A stretch of 64,000 nucleotides of DNA, taken from positions 1 through 64,000 of the IMG/VR virus record IMGVR_UViG_3300021168_000016, one strand, 5' to 3'. This document shows, piece after piece, positions 38,771 to 48,620 of this stretch. The notes under the pieces are model-generated. The model was not told the DNA's origin. It ran no database searches and was given only the letters and a program-made list of their open reading frames with translations. Source of the DNA: a virus. Position 1 is the first letter of the stretch. Every line of letters starts with the position of its first letter. Position numbers and translations under genes: made by a program.

Positions 38771-39016
38771 TTACCAGACGTCGTTAGATCCGGTTGCAGT
38801 ATGTGAAGTCTTAGCTGGAGGTGTTCCTCCCCAGTGCTGATCAACCGTCATGTATGACTGCACTGCTAGTTGTGATCGTCCTGTATTCTTATTGGTGTTA
38901 TCAGCAGATACGAGGCTTCCAGTAGGATCAGGATCACTGTTATCACCTACAACTCGATAAGTTACGTTAGGATTAGAAGGACCGTAGTTGTTAGTTCCCG
39001 AATAACTCACTGACAT
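38771..39016 (-). CDS. Small protein with KNTGR tag
   Basis: TGSLVSADNTNKNTGRSQ; RBS AGGAGG. Confidence 0.65.
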   Translation of the reverse strand: MSVSYSGTNNYGPSNPNVTYRVVGDNSDPDPTGSLVSADNTNKNTGRSQLAVQSYMTVDQHWGGTPPAKTSHTATGSNDVW

Positions 39017-39025
39017 AAATTCCTC

Positions 39026-39910
39026 CTATTCAGAAATCTCTGTAGCTATGATTACACATTTACATCTAGGATGTCGTGGAACAAAAGGCATATCATCAAT
39101 TGGGTAAGGCCCACCTGCTGCAGCATCGTCGCATTCGTCGACTATATCGTGATCTGCACTAAGCAGGATGCTTACTGTCTTAACAAAACCTGTAAGTTTC
39201 CATACATCGAGATTACCTTGAACCTGAGCAAGCGCGATTTCTGTCTTTGCGATTAGTTCAGCTCTTGCTTCGCTAAATGTACCTGCTTCTTGGATAGCAG
39301 TTGCCAATTCCTGAGACGACATTTTCTGCGTAACAGCCATCTCGATAATATCTTTTAGATCGTCCCTTGTTGTCTCAGCAATTACCCATTCGGCATTAGA
39401 ATCACCGATTAACTCACCATCAATGAACTTCTTGCCTACCATTTCAGCTGCACGTTTCTTTGCGTACTGTTCAGCACTGCTTACTACTTTATCTGTCATA
39501 TCAGGGACTAGATTATGGCTGATAGCTAATTGTGCGATACCATCCTTACCGCCATCTTCATATGCAGTCTTTAGTTCGCTAGTTGTACTATCAACAATCT
39601 CTTCCCAATCAACAGCACCGTTGGCGGCGTAAAGGATCTGCATCAATTCGTCTTCATCAGCCTTGATAACTTCTGCTGCTTTCTGTTCAGCTGCACTAGC
39701 CGCCTTCTTCGCAGCCTTTCTAAGGAAGCTACTTAATACAGCCTGCAATTGCTGACGAACTAACTGGAGTTTCGGACTTGGAGTACCATGATCAATCTGA
39801 AGATGATGAATACCATGCTTAACTCTAATCTTTAGGAGGTCACAGTCACTACAGCCCGCCATCCTATATAAGTGATTAGAGCAGTGGGTACTTGTTAGCA
39901 CTATTTCCAT
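39026..39910 (-). CDS. Minor head protein (MuF / SPP1 gp7-like)
   Basis: IAETTRDDL...FSEARAELIAKTE...DECD...PRHPRCKC; start MEIVLT coupled to the portal stop. Confidence 0.85.
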   Translation of the reverse strand: MEIVLTSTHCSNHLYRMAGCSDCDLLKIRVKHGIHHLQIDHGTPSPKLQLVRQQLQAVLSSFLRKAAKKAASAAEQKAAEVIKADEDELMQILYAANGAVDWEEIVDSTTSELKTAYEDGGKDGIAQLAISHNLVPDMTDKVVSSAEQYAKKRAAEMVGKKFIDGELIGDSNAEWVIAETTRDDLKDIIEMAVTQKMSSQELATAIQEAGTFSEARAELIAKTEIALAQVQGNLDVWKLTGFVKTVSILLSADHDIVDECDDAAAGGPYPIDDMPFVPRHPRCKCVIIATEISE

Positions 39911-41571
39911 TACTTTACTCTTGCCTCTGTTGAGGCAATGCAATCGGCACAGAATGCTCTTGGGTAGCCATAATGCTTAGTGCAGACGGATGATTTGTGA
40001 TATCCATTTCCGTTTCCATTCGTTGCTGCATCCTTATCGATGCTTGCATAGTTGTCAGAGGTTCGTCCATCCGATCCACCAACCTTTCCCTGTGCTGTAG
40101 TCCTTACCTTAGCCCCACCCCCCGAAGCTCCGCCTGAGCCCTGACTTCTAATGGCCATAGTAGCAAGCTTCTCTGCCATGTTAAGGGGGATAACGCCTGA
40201 ACTTGTGATAACGCTAAGTTCGTCTGCAGCAGGCTCATCACTCGGATCAATACCGCGATCTTCAAGAACTTGGTTGCGTGTCTTTAACCCGATGGAGATA
40301 TCGATCTTATCACCTTCAGCCTGTTTCAATGCATCCAACTCGATAACTGGATCAAAGGCAAATTCATATGCATCGTGGCCCATCTTCACTTGGATAATGA
40401 AATCCATAGCTGCCTTAAGCCAATTCAGCCAAGGCATCGTACCTTCTTCTTCAGCTGACTGTTGCTGTGATTCGCTGCTGCTGCGATTAATCATCCGCAT
40501 CAGTCTAGTAGGCGAAGTACCAAAGGCAAAGCAAATCTTACGGATATGAACTTCATCAAACAAATCCGCTAGTACAGGTTCTTTAGGGAAAGTAAACTGT
40601 TCTGTCTTTCCTTCTTGTTGGAATCCCTGTAGAATCTGAAGTCGGCGTCTCTTAGCTAATTGCCCTGCTAGATCACTGTCTAACCACTGCTGAGCTTCCT
40701 TAATCTTCTCAGGCGGTGTGTTAATGGGAGCGAAGAGGATCCCTCCGGGAATGGTCCCCTCAGAGTAGAAATTGTATACAAACTTTAGACGTTCAATCCC
40801 AATCCTGATCTCATAGGCCATCTGCTCACAAGGACTGTAACCGTACAGATAAGATGAAATCGTGTTCCTGGGAACGATGTTTCGAGGTCGATAGATCAGC
40901 TGGTCTGTTGTGAAATCTAATCTAGGATAGCCTTCATACAACTGTTGATAGGCGGTACTGGGTGGTTGAGGCGTCCATCCATGTTCATCGATCTTTCGTG
41001 TAATAGATGCACCTTCTACCCAACGTAGTCCAGTGATGTTATTCTTCCCATCACGTGTCACGAAGATACTGGCTGCATCAAGTACCAGCATATCTTCTAA
41101 TATAGGACGAAGGAATTGCTCCCAATCCTGTTCTGGGTTGGGACGCGCAAAGAACCTATTCAGCGCCTTAAGTACAGGATCCTTGGAACTCCTCTTTGCT
41201 CTATCTTTAGTAGTTTCTCCCTGAATGGGAGTGAGCTGAATACGCCAAGGCATCCGGGTAAGAATGTCTTTATTATTCTCGATACAGACACGGGCAAGTG
41301 GATACTGTGATAGACGTCTGAGTTCCTCTGTCCCTATCTCAGCATCATACCGTGCCTGTATGTTTAAGTTCTCTCCAAAGTTAAATGGGAAAGATAACGG
41401 CTCCGCTTTCGGCGGACCCATCGGAGTTATCGGCTGGAGAGGATTTGGATAAGCATCATCAGGGATAGTGCTGATAGTTGTCTGTGGCGGCTTATACAGG
41501 GCAGTTCTAGCGTTGTTAAGAGCTATTACCATCGGTCCTAACTGCCTGATAACCCCTGTAAACTTAGCCAT
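39910..41571 (-). CDS. Portal protein
   Basis: FFARPN..EQFLR.ILEDMLVLDA..YGYSPCEQ..FYSEGTIP..RKICFAFGTSP. Confidence 0.9.
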   Translation of the reverse strand: MAKFTGVIRQLGPMVIALNNARTALYKPPQTTISTIPDDAYPNPLQPITPMGPPKAEPLSFPFNFGENLNIQARYDAEIGTEELRRLSQYPLARVCIENNKDILTRMPWRIQLTPIQGETTKDRAKRSSKDPVLKALNRFFARPNPEQDWEQFLRPILEDMLVLDAASIFVTRDGKNNITGLRWVEGASITRKIDEHGWTPQPPSTAYQQLYEGYPRLDFTTDQLIYRPRNIVPRNTISSYLYGYSPCEQMAYEIRIGIERLKFVYNFYSEGTIPGGILFAPINTPPEKIKEAQQWLDSDLAGQLAKRRRLQILQGFQQEGKTEQFTFPKEPVLADLFDEVHIRKICFAFGTSPTRLMRMINRSSSESQQQSAEEEGTMPWLNWLKAAMDFIIQVKMGHDAYEFAFDPVIELDALKQAEGDKIDISIGLKTRNQVLEDRGIDPSDEPAADELSVITSSGVIPLNMAEKLATMAIRSQGSGGASGGGAKVRTTAQGKVGGSDGRTSDNYASIDKDAATNGNGNGYHKSSVCTKHYGYPRAFCADCIASTEARVK

Positions 41572-41876
41572 TATTTCAACCACTTATCTGCTTTAATAAG
41601 CACTGGAGTGTAGAACTGAGCTGTACAACGAAGACAGATATGTTGTAAAGCTACTTTCTCAGGTCCAGTGGTTTGGGTACATGTAACAACACAACTCTTC
41701 CTACCCGTTCCCGAGTCTCCTTTAAATCCACAAGCAGGACATAAATCCTTCTCCGGATTATAGACTCTAAGTGATTTTACAATCCGAGCAAACAGATGTA
41801 CTGGTAGAGAGAGTAGCCACGCAATGATAGTAATTGGCGAGTAATAATCTGCGCGTTTCAGGGCTTCTTCTGTCAT
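41571..41876 (-). CDS. Hypothetical Zn-ribbon protein
   Basis: CPACG...CLRC; hydrophobic N-terminus. Confidence 0.6.
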   Translation of the reverse strand: MTEEALKRADYYSPITIIAWLLSLPVHLFARIVKSLRVYNPEKDLCPACGFKGDSGTGRKSCVVTCTQTTGPEKVALQHICLRCTAQFYTPVLIKADKWLK

Positions 41877-43531
41877 CTAAGCGAGCCCCCTGCTAATGCC
41901 ACACTCCGCATATCACCTTCAAATAAGTAGCTACCAAGATGCGTGGTCTTCATGAAGGGAGCAATGTATACTTTCATCCCAGCAGCGCGTGCATCCAGGC
42001 AGAATGCATAATCTTCGGAGACATAATGGGGAAGACCGCCTGCATTGAACTTACCTGACTCAGGATCTATCTTTGACTGGAAATACATGTATACAGGAGT
42101 ATTTTCCATTTCTCCCCGCATCGGGAGATGCCATCGACCCTCTGTGTGGAAGTTAGAGAACTTTAGGAAGGCTTCTCTCTTAACCCGCATCAATCCTGTC
42201 CCACCATGCTGTACTTCTAGCAGTTTATCTAAAGCAATCTCTTTAGGAGCATTATCAGGCGGGAAATTGAGTACGTACTCACCGAGAAGGGATTGCATCT
42301 CACCGACTGTGTAATCCTTCTCTGGATGCTGCTTTACTGCCTTCTGAACCCTGTCTAAGCGGAGATTCTTTCTAACACAAGGAGCACAGATAATCTCTTC
42401 ATCGTGGGTTAGGAGAGCAAGTAGATCATTAGGATCAAACCCTATATCTGCATCAATAAAGAAGAAGTCTGTAGCACTTGACTCAGTTAAGTATTTGCTC
42501 ACTAGCGTATTCCGTGCTCTAGTGATTAGACTCTCATTGTACAGGAAAGCAGTTTGGTACTTGATTCCCCAATCAATACAGATTGCCATTAAACTCGTCA
42601 ATGAGTTGACGTAGTTAACAGCCATCATTCCACCATAAGCAGGAGTAGCAATATAGATAGACTTTGTTCTAAGATAGTCTTTCATCGCTTGCTTCTGCTT
42701 ATCTGTAGGTGAAAGACTATATGCAGGGCGTTTTACACTTTCATCTTTCGGCTTTATATCCGTTACAATCCCTGTAGAAGCAATACGTTGAAGTGTATAA
42801 GCATCTACCTTATACTTTGCTGCTAACTTCTCATATGAAGCAATCTGCTGTCTCTGGAACGCATCAAAGCCGATATTCTTCTCGAATGTAGTAGGACCAC
42901 CTTTTGGTCCAGCTTCATGCTGTACTACTACCTTAGCGGCTACAGCGAGCTCATAATCAGCCATTCGTGCTCTTAAGCAGTAGTCAAGATCATCGGACCC
43001 AAAGCTATCAAACTGTTCATCCAGGAAGCCAATCTTATCGATAAGTTCTCTCTTGATGTACACACACGGGAACCACATCTGCATCGGAACAATAGGTTCA
43101 ACCGGGTCTACTACTTGGGAATTAGCCAGTGACGGATTAACTAGCATATAACTCCCTCGACCAACAATACGAGGAGAAAGAATGCCAATCCGAGGATACG
43201 CATAAGCAATCCTCTGAAGATCCTCGATAGTGTTCTTCTGCAGGAATCTGATGTCATCCCCTACGTAGAGTACATCGTGATCTTTCGGTACTGCCTTCAA
43301 GCCTAAGTTCCCGTTTCCAGCCATCGAGAACTTCTCAGGCCCTTTGATTGTAACGACATATGGTTCAAGAGAACCTTGCCACTTCTCCATCGGATCTGGA
43401 CTAGACCCATCAACAACGCAGTAAACAGTATTCTTAACACCAAACTTTCGAAGTGATAAAAGGAAGGGAATGTAAACATCTATATACTTCGCGAGTACAA
43501 CGATAGCGACAGGTCTATCGGGCTTGCTCAT
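41873..43531 (-). CDS. Two-domain glycosyltransferase (GT2-like + phage GT-A-like)
   Basis: N-domain GNLGL..LYVGDD..IGFLDEQF...DDLDYCLR; C-domain IATPAYGG..NESLITRARN..FFIDADI..GTG.M..SEDYAFC..HLG. Confidence 0.85.
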   Translation of the reverse strand: MSKPDRPVAIVVLAKYIDVYIPFLLSLRKFGVKNTVYCVVDGSSPDPMEKWQGSLEPYVVTIKGPEKFSMAGNGNLGLKAVPKDHDVLYVGDDIRFLQKNTIEDLQRIAYAYPRIGILSPRIVGRGSYMLVNPSLANSQVVDPVEPIVPMQMWFPCVYIKRELIDKIGFLDEQFDSFGSDDLDYCLRARMADYELAVAAKVVVQHEAGPKGGPTTFEKNIGFDAFQRQQIASYEKLAAKYKVDAYTLQRIASTGIVTDIKPKDESVKRPAYSLSPTDKQKQAMKDYLRTKSIYIATPAYGGMMAVNYVNSLTSLMAICIDWGIKYQTAFLYNESLITRARNTLVSKYLTESSATDFFFIDADIGFDPNDLLALLTHDEEIICAPCVRKNLRLDRVQKAVKQHPEKDYTVGEMQSLLGEYVLNFPPDNAPKEIALDKLLEVQHGGTGLMRVKREAFLKFSNFHTEGRWHLPMRGEMENTPVYMYFQSKIDPESGKFNAGGLPHYVSEDYAFCLDARAAGMKVYIAPFMKTTHLGSYLFEGDMRSVALAGGSLR

Positions 43532-44202
43532 GCTACTATCTCCTTAGAATTTAGAATACTATCACACTTGTTAAGAAATCTCTCACGAGTATGCTGTTCT
43601 CTGCTACAGAATGAATGATAGAACAAATCCTCGTAAGTAGTACCGTAACCGAATACTTTACCGTCAGTAAGATTCCACATCGGCTGCTCTACAGCTGATG
43701 GCCAGAGAAATCTTACTTTCTTTCTACGTTCTTGCCAGCGATAGGTTAGTTCTTCTCCGCAATCGCCTCTATCTGTTTCATCGAAAGAAGGGCTAGCTAG
43801 AAGCTCATACTGCCACTTACTAAATGCCATGCAGAAAGGACCAACATAAAGATGTTCTTCATTCTGGATGTGACCCGCTCTCTGTACAGCTCCTATGAGT
43901 GTCCCATTATGTGCTCCCCAAACAAGGAAATGAAATGCATTTGAGGTTAAGGGTACACAATCGATATCAAGTAGGATGATATCATCATGCTTAGCTTCTT
44001 TGATACATCTCGCAATAGCAGCTGCATGATGCTTTACTTCAAACTCTTTCGGAGAATGCAGATACTGATGAAACTCCCAATCTGGTGGTAAGAACTTATT
44101 TACAACAGTGTTCTGTGCTTCTACGACTTCATCTGGAATGTTCGACATGTAGACGGAGAAGACGGATGCGTTATACATGAGAATACCAGATGTCGGTTCC
44201 AA
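43528..44202 (-). CDS. Glycosyltransferase-like protein
   Basis: ILLDIDCVPL DxD motif; GPFCMAF; DCGEELT; GTTYEDLFYH. Confidence 0.7.
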   Translation of the reverse strand: MEPTSGILMYNASVFSVYMSNIPDEVVEAQNTVVNKFLPPDWEFHQYLHSPKEFEVKHHAAAIARCIKEAKHDDIILLDIDCVPLTSNAFHFLVWGAHNGTLIGAVQRAGHIQNEEHLYVGPFCMAFSKWQYELLASPSFDETDRGDCGEELTYRWQERRKKVRFLWPSAVEQPMWNLTDGKVFGYGTTYEDLFYHSFCSREQHTRERFLNKCDSILNSKEIVA

Positions 44203-44686
44203 GAGGCTGTATTACAACTTTCAGCGATTCATTAACTGCTCTACGAACATCTGGGTACGAATAATCGTGTCCAGAAATTATACCGCCTTTAGCAACCCTC
44301 GGCAGCCAGTATTCAATATCTTTCTTAACTCCTGCATACTGGTGATCTGCATCGATGAACACAAAGTTAACTTCGCGGAAAGCTAAGACATCGGTTGATT
44401 TGTAGGGGATTACCTTCTCAGTTACAATTAGATCAAAAAGGTTATCTTGAAACTGCCCAAAGAAGGAAGGGAGTTCTTCCCGTTCGTTAGCTCCCACAGG
44501 ACCAGTCCATGTATCAATAGCTATTACCTTACCTTTAGCATGATCTCCAAGTGCGCGTGTACTACGCCCAAGAAAGGAACCAACCTCTATAATAAGGTCG
44601 TGGTTGGAAGCTTGCTGTGCGAGCCATGTTAATTCAGCATGGCTCATCCAGCCTTGGATACTTTCTGATTTGGAGATGTCAATCAT
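44171..44686 (-). CDS. Class I SAM-dependent methyltransferase (Methyltransf_24-like)
   Basis: IEVGSFLGRST..IDTW..FVFIDADHQY..VKKD..GGIISGHDY. Confidence 0.9.
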   Translation of the reverse strand: MIDISKSESIQGWMSHAELTWLAQQASNHDLIIEVGSFLGRSTRALGDHAKGKVIAIDTWTGPVGANEREELPSFFGQFQDNLFDLIVTEKVIPYKSTDVLAFREVNFVFIDADHQYAGVKKDIEYWLPRVAKGGIISGHDYSYPDVRRAVNESLKVVIQPLGTDIWYSHV

Positions 44687-45096
44687 TATTTCATTCCAAT
44701 GCGTAGATAGTACATCGCAATGTTTAACATAACAACAAACCCACTAAGTGCAGCACCTATAGCCCACATCCTACCTTCTAAGTTAGACTTATTAGTTTCT
44801 AGTGCTTTAAGTCTAGTGTCGACCGATTCCTTATTCGAATCTCTTTCAGCTTCGTATCGATCTCTTTGTAGGTAACGTCCTCTCTCTTCATTGATCTGAG
44901 ATCGAAGTTCATTCATTCCTTCGAGCCTGCGATTAACATCATCACGAGCAATATCTAATGCTAACGCATCACCCGTGCGAGCTATTTGTAGAGCGTGTTG
45001 CTCTAGGTCATGTTGGTGCATATGCTGCTTTTGCCACTGCACAACGAGATCGTGATCTGCTTTTATCTCAACAAACCTGTAATCTACATCATTCAT
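44686..45096 (-). CDS. Coiled-coil protein with C-terminal transmembrane helix
   Basis: RRLEGMNELR...RLKALE..LEGRMWAIGAALSGFVVML. Confidence 0.6.
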   Translation of the reverse strand: MNDVDYRFVEIKADHDLVVQWQKQHMHQHDLEQHALQIARTGDALALDIARDDVNRRLEGMNELRSQINEERGRYLQRDRYEAERDSNKESVDTRLKALETNKSNLEGRMWAIGAALSGFVVMLNIAMYYLRIGMK

Positions 45097-45335
45097 AGAA
45101 GGCCCAATTCCTTTGCTCTTAAGTACATCAACCTGACTTGCGGACAGAATTCATCTTCGTAGATCTCATACACCATATATATATGGAGGAAATGATTCCG
45201 TAATGTACTTATCTTACACTTGAAATGATCTGCTATCTGATGTCTAATTGGCTTAGCTAAAGTTGTCTTCGGATTAATCATGTAATCGATAATGGCTTTC
45301 TGCTTCTCTGTACACCTGTCGTAGCTCATGATCAA
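45093..45335 (-). CDS. LuxR-type helix-turn-helix protein
   Basis: TEKQKAI...QIADHFKCKISTLRNHFLHIY. Confidence 0.6.
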   Translation of the reverse strand: MIMSYDRCTEKQKAIIDYMINPKTTLAKPIRHQIADHFKCKISTLRNHFLHIYMVYEIYEDEFCPQVRLMYLRAKELGLL

Positions 45336-47086
45336 TCCATGAATCCAACTTTACGATCCATCTTTTGCAGTACATCAGTACGTGATTGCGTCCTCAAGCC
45401 GATAGGTTGTACTTCTCTTTCTGCTCGAAATTGTAGTCCGCACTGGCCGCAGCGCCATTGTCCCTGAGCACGGCTAATACACGTTGCTTGACATTCGGGA
45501 CAGTTAAGAGGCTTATCAACCTGCATTGGCTTCAGTAAACTCTTCGCTTCCTCTATTTTTCGCATATCCTTAAAGAAGTCCAATGCGCCGTAGACTAAAG
45601 TACGTTCAGCGAATGCGAGCATAATAGATTCTGCTCGATCAGGACTTCTCATTCCCCTTTTGGCTGCATCTTCTTTTGATTCAATCTGAATCTGCCCTTT
45701 TGAAGTAGGCTTATAACGTATACCGGCTAACTGTCCAACTGTCTTCTCATCTGAAAGTCCAGAAATCTCACCGGCCTGGAATCTAAGGCGGAGTCCCCAA
45801 TAGAACTCTGCTTTAAGATTGAAGTACTTATCACCATCGTTACTTATCTCACAGACATTGATAGGAGTAACTGGAAAGCCCATATCTTTAAGATGCTGGC
45901 AAATACCCCAGCCAATACCAATTGAATCAATATTGATATTCTCAATGTTCTCTTTTAGTCTCTCTTGAAGATTTCTTAGGCAGATTACAATATCACCACG
46001 TGGATCTGAATAGTTCCATTGCTTGTGAAGTATGATCTCTCCGCCACGCCTAACTGTAAGAGATGACTCATCTTCCCCAGGACCAGCAACATCTAACCCA
46101 GCCTTAATCTTTCCTACACCGATACCTTGGCTAGCCCCTGCTTCCTCAAGCCAAGTAAGACTCATGAGAGCATCAGGACTCTGTTTCGGGAAGTTTCCTA
46201 GTACACGAGATTCCCAGAGAGGATGTCCTGGACCCCATTCAAAATACTTTTCCTGTACCCATCTTCGAGTTGTTAGATAAGGAAGAGCATTAGTATCAAG
46301 TTCCTCATCTGTAGCATCTAACAGGTCTCCCGGTACTTTCTTTCCTAACCTTTTAGATTCTCCTAGTTGATCTAGGAAGTAGGTTCCTTTCAGGTTAGGC
46401 GTATCAAAGGCAGAGATTGTATACGTCTTCCAACCTGAACGATTATCTGTAAATGCATCATGGAAGGGACCGGATGAGATGGTTGGGTTGCCGATAGCAA
46501 GAATACGTACATTACCACCAGCTCTAGCACCTTCAATGGCTTCCCAGATCTTTGCTTCTACACCGGGTGCTTCATCTAGGATGATTAGTACATGCTCTGC
46601 GTGGATACCTTGAAACTTAACACCTTCATCAGACTTCGTGACTGATGTAGCTAATCCATAAGCGAGGCGCTTAGCTCCACCAGGAAACTGTATCTTGGTT
46701 AAGTTAGCAATGGGAAAAGGATATGTACTCTTAGCTAGGAAGCTGTGAACCTCTCCCCAGAGTAGACGTTCTACCTGTCCCCATGTCGGCGCGGTCGTTA
46801 CCACTACTACTTCCTGATACTTCGCTAGGAACCATAATACTGCTAAAGCTGCGGTAAAGGTCTTTGAAGAAGCATGGCAAGCCTTTACAGCTACACGAGC
46901 TTGAGGTACTGTCAGAGAGTTTAGAATCTCCTTCTGCATGTACCAAAGATTAGTCTGTAGATAAGTCTTTGCGAATAGGTCAGGAAGTTCAAACGATAAC
47001 TTGATACGTTGTGCTGGTGTTAAGGTTGATAGATTTAATCCTTGAGCAACAACATCAGCAACCGGTAATACTGCTTGAGTAGCCAT
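45332..47086 (-). CDS. terL: Terminase large subunit (C-terminal Zn ribbon)
   Basis: Walker A-like ACHASSKT; TAPT..Q; LIILDEA; IGNP; nuclease GLDVA..GEDES; SPDRAES. Confidence 0.92.
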   Translation of the reverse strand: MATQAVLPVADVVAQGLNLSTLTPAQRIKLSFELPDLFAKTYLQTNLWYMQKEILNSLTVPQARVAVKACHASSKTFTAALAVLWFLAKYQEVVVVTTAPTWGQVERLLWGEVHSFLAKSTYPFPIANLTKIQFPGGAKRLAYGLATSVTKSDEGVKFQGIHAEHVLIILDEAPGVEAKIWEAIEGARAGGNVRILAIGNPTISSGPFHDAFTDNRSGWKTYTISAFDTPNLKGTYFLDQLGESKRLGKKVPGDLLDATDEELDTNALPYLTTRRWVQEKYFEWGPGHPLWESRVLGNFPKQSPDALMSLTWLEEAGASQGIGVGKIKAGLDVAGPGEDESSLTVRRGGEIILHKQWNYSDPRGDIVICLRNLQERLKENIENINIDSIGIGWGICQHLKDMGFPVTPINVCEISNDGDKYFNLKAEFYWGLRLRFQAGEISGLSDEKTVGQLAGIRYKPTSKGQIQIESKEDAAKRGMRSPDRAESIMLAFAERTLVYGALDFFKDMRKIEEAKSLLKPMQVDKPLNCPECQATCISRAQGQWRCGQCGLQFRAEREVQPIGLRTQSRTDVLQKMDRKVGFMD

Positions 47087-47373
47087 TAATGTTTTCTAGC
47101 TTCAGCGCAGAGTCCTATAGGAGATTTCCGCCCAACAACTGCAGTAAGTTGAAGCGTACTATAGCCACCACTCCTACGGCCTGTCCAAACGTATCGAAGG
47201 ACACATGTATACATCACAATAGCCCTGAGTTCAGGAATCCAGATAGCTTCATCACCATGCACAGCTTGCTGTGCTTTAGTGAAAGAAGTATGATAGTGAT
47301 ATTTACAGGGAGGACGTATTCCTGATACTTCCCAAGCAGTTACCTGTGAATGTGTCAAAATGCACGTCGCCAC
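47086..47373 (-). CDS. Hypothetical protein
   Basis: Translationally coupled in operon. Confidence 0.5.
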   Translation of the reverse strand: MATCILTHSQVTAWEVSGIRPPCKYHYHTSFTKAQQAVHGDEAIWIPELRAIVMYTCVLRYVWTGRRSGGYSTLQLTAVVGRKSPIGLCAEARKH

Positions 47374-47627
47374 TAAAGCACATCCTCCGGCTTTATACCT
47401 TTAAGGATTAATGTAGGACTTACAGCCAACATCATCCTAGCTGTTTGTAATCCCAGCATATAACCTATCCTAAGATCACTGGATATACCCTTAGCTCCTA
47501 TCTCCTGTGCTCGTACATCTCCAAATGACTTTAGCTCAGCCTCTTGGCTAGCCAGCATCCTTGGATCTGCATTATGCAGACTATCTTGAGCCATTTCTAT
47601 AAACATTACGGACGGTGCTACCCACAT
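47373..47627 (-). CDS. Hypothetical protein
   Basis: Translationally coupled in operon. Confidence 0.55.
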   Translation of the reverse strand: MWVAPSVMFIEMAQDSLHNADPRMLASQEAELKSFGDVRAQEIGAKGISSDLRIGYMLGLQTARMMLAVSPTLILKGIKPEDVL

Positions 47628-47629
47628 AA

Positions 47630-48337
47630 TTACCGCACCACCGTCGTCGTCGCAACTACTATGTTGCTAGGACCAGAAGTAACGAATACGCCAGCAATAG
47701 TATCATGAGCCTTTACATCAAACCAGCATGTCTTCTTTACATTCGGTGCAACTGGCGTGCAGGTTGCAGTATAGGACTTTTGGCTTGCGGGAACAATAGC
47801 AACTCGTGGAGGTGAAGGACACCTTGAATCACCACATCGATAAATCCAATAGTTATCAACTACTACGCCTGCCTGCTGGATAGGAGCCTTCCACATTAAA
47901 GGAACATTGTTCTTTGCGATTGTACCGACAGTCAAGCCGGTTGGAGTTGCTGGTTGGCCATCAGCTGGGATAACTACAGGGCCAACTTCATCAGGACCAG
48001 ACAAGCTAGGATTACAGGTAGAGCAGTATGCTTTAACTGAGTAGTAATAACTTCCTAATGCCATCACTCCAGTATCTGTGTAACTGCATGTGGCTAATGG
48101 AGAGGCATTCAAAGGAGTTGTACTTTCCTGTCCTTGGATTGATCCTCGATAGAAGTTGAACATAACTCCTGCGGTTGTATCCGTACAACCACCGAGGGTA
48201 ACAGAATGGACAGTAGCACCAGCAAGGGTGCTTGTATTAACTGTAGCTCTTGGAGCTACTTTTGGTTGTGTACGAGGCTTCGTTTGTCCGAAGCTAAGAC
48301 AGGATCCAAGCATTACAAATAAAATGAGACTTTTCAT
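47630..48337 (-). CDS. Secreted protein with two fibronectin type III-like domains
   Basis: Signal MKSLILFVMLGSCLSFG; FNFYRG..YTDT..YYYSVKA; PTGL..LMWKAP..YWIYR..SGPSN. Confidence 0.75.
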   Translation of the reverse strand: MKSLILFVMLGSCLSFGQTKPRTQPKVAPRATVNTSTLAGATVHSVTLGGCTDTTAGVMFNFYRGSIQGQESTTPLNASPLATCSYTDTGVMALGSYYYSVKAYCSTCNPSLSGPDEVGPVVIPADGQPATPTGLTVGTIAKNNVPLMWKAPIQQAGVVVDNYWIYRCGDSRCPSPPRVAIVPASQKSYTATCTPVAPNVKKTCWFDVKAHDTIAGVFVTSGPSNIVVATTTVVR

Positions 48338-48346
48338 CGTAACTCC

Positions 48347-48535
48347 TTAGAATACCTGACATGTGAATATTGGTAACTCGATACCGTGCTGCTGGAGATG
48401 CTCGAAAAGAGACGATATTAGTTGATTTGTCTCTTCAGGTAAGATCCATACGCCTTCCCACTGGCACTCTTCACACTTGATAGATTGTGGTCCAGCGACG
48501 AAGTTCGGGACAGGATCGGACTTCTTTACCGGCAT
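48347..48535 (-). CDS. Small C2H2-like Zn-binding protein
   Basis: CEEC...HLQQH. Confidence 0.5.
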   Translation of the reverse strand: MPVKKSDPVPNFVAGPQSIKCEECQWEGVWILPEETNQLISSLFEHLQQHGIELPIFTCQVF

Positions 48536-48620
48536 GTTTCCCCACTTCTGTTACTGCTGAAAAGGGAATACCTGTTAGAGTTCTATAGGACTGATGAAAA
48601 CCTTCTCTACTAGGGCGTCT

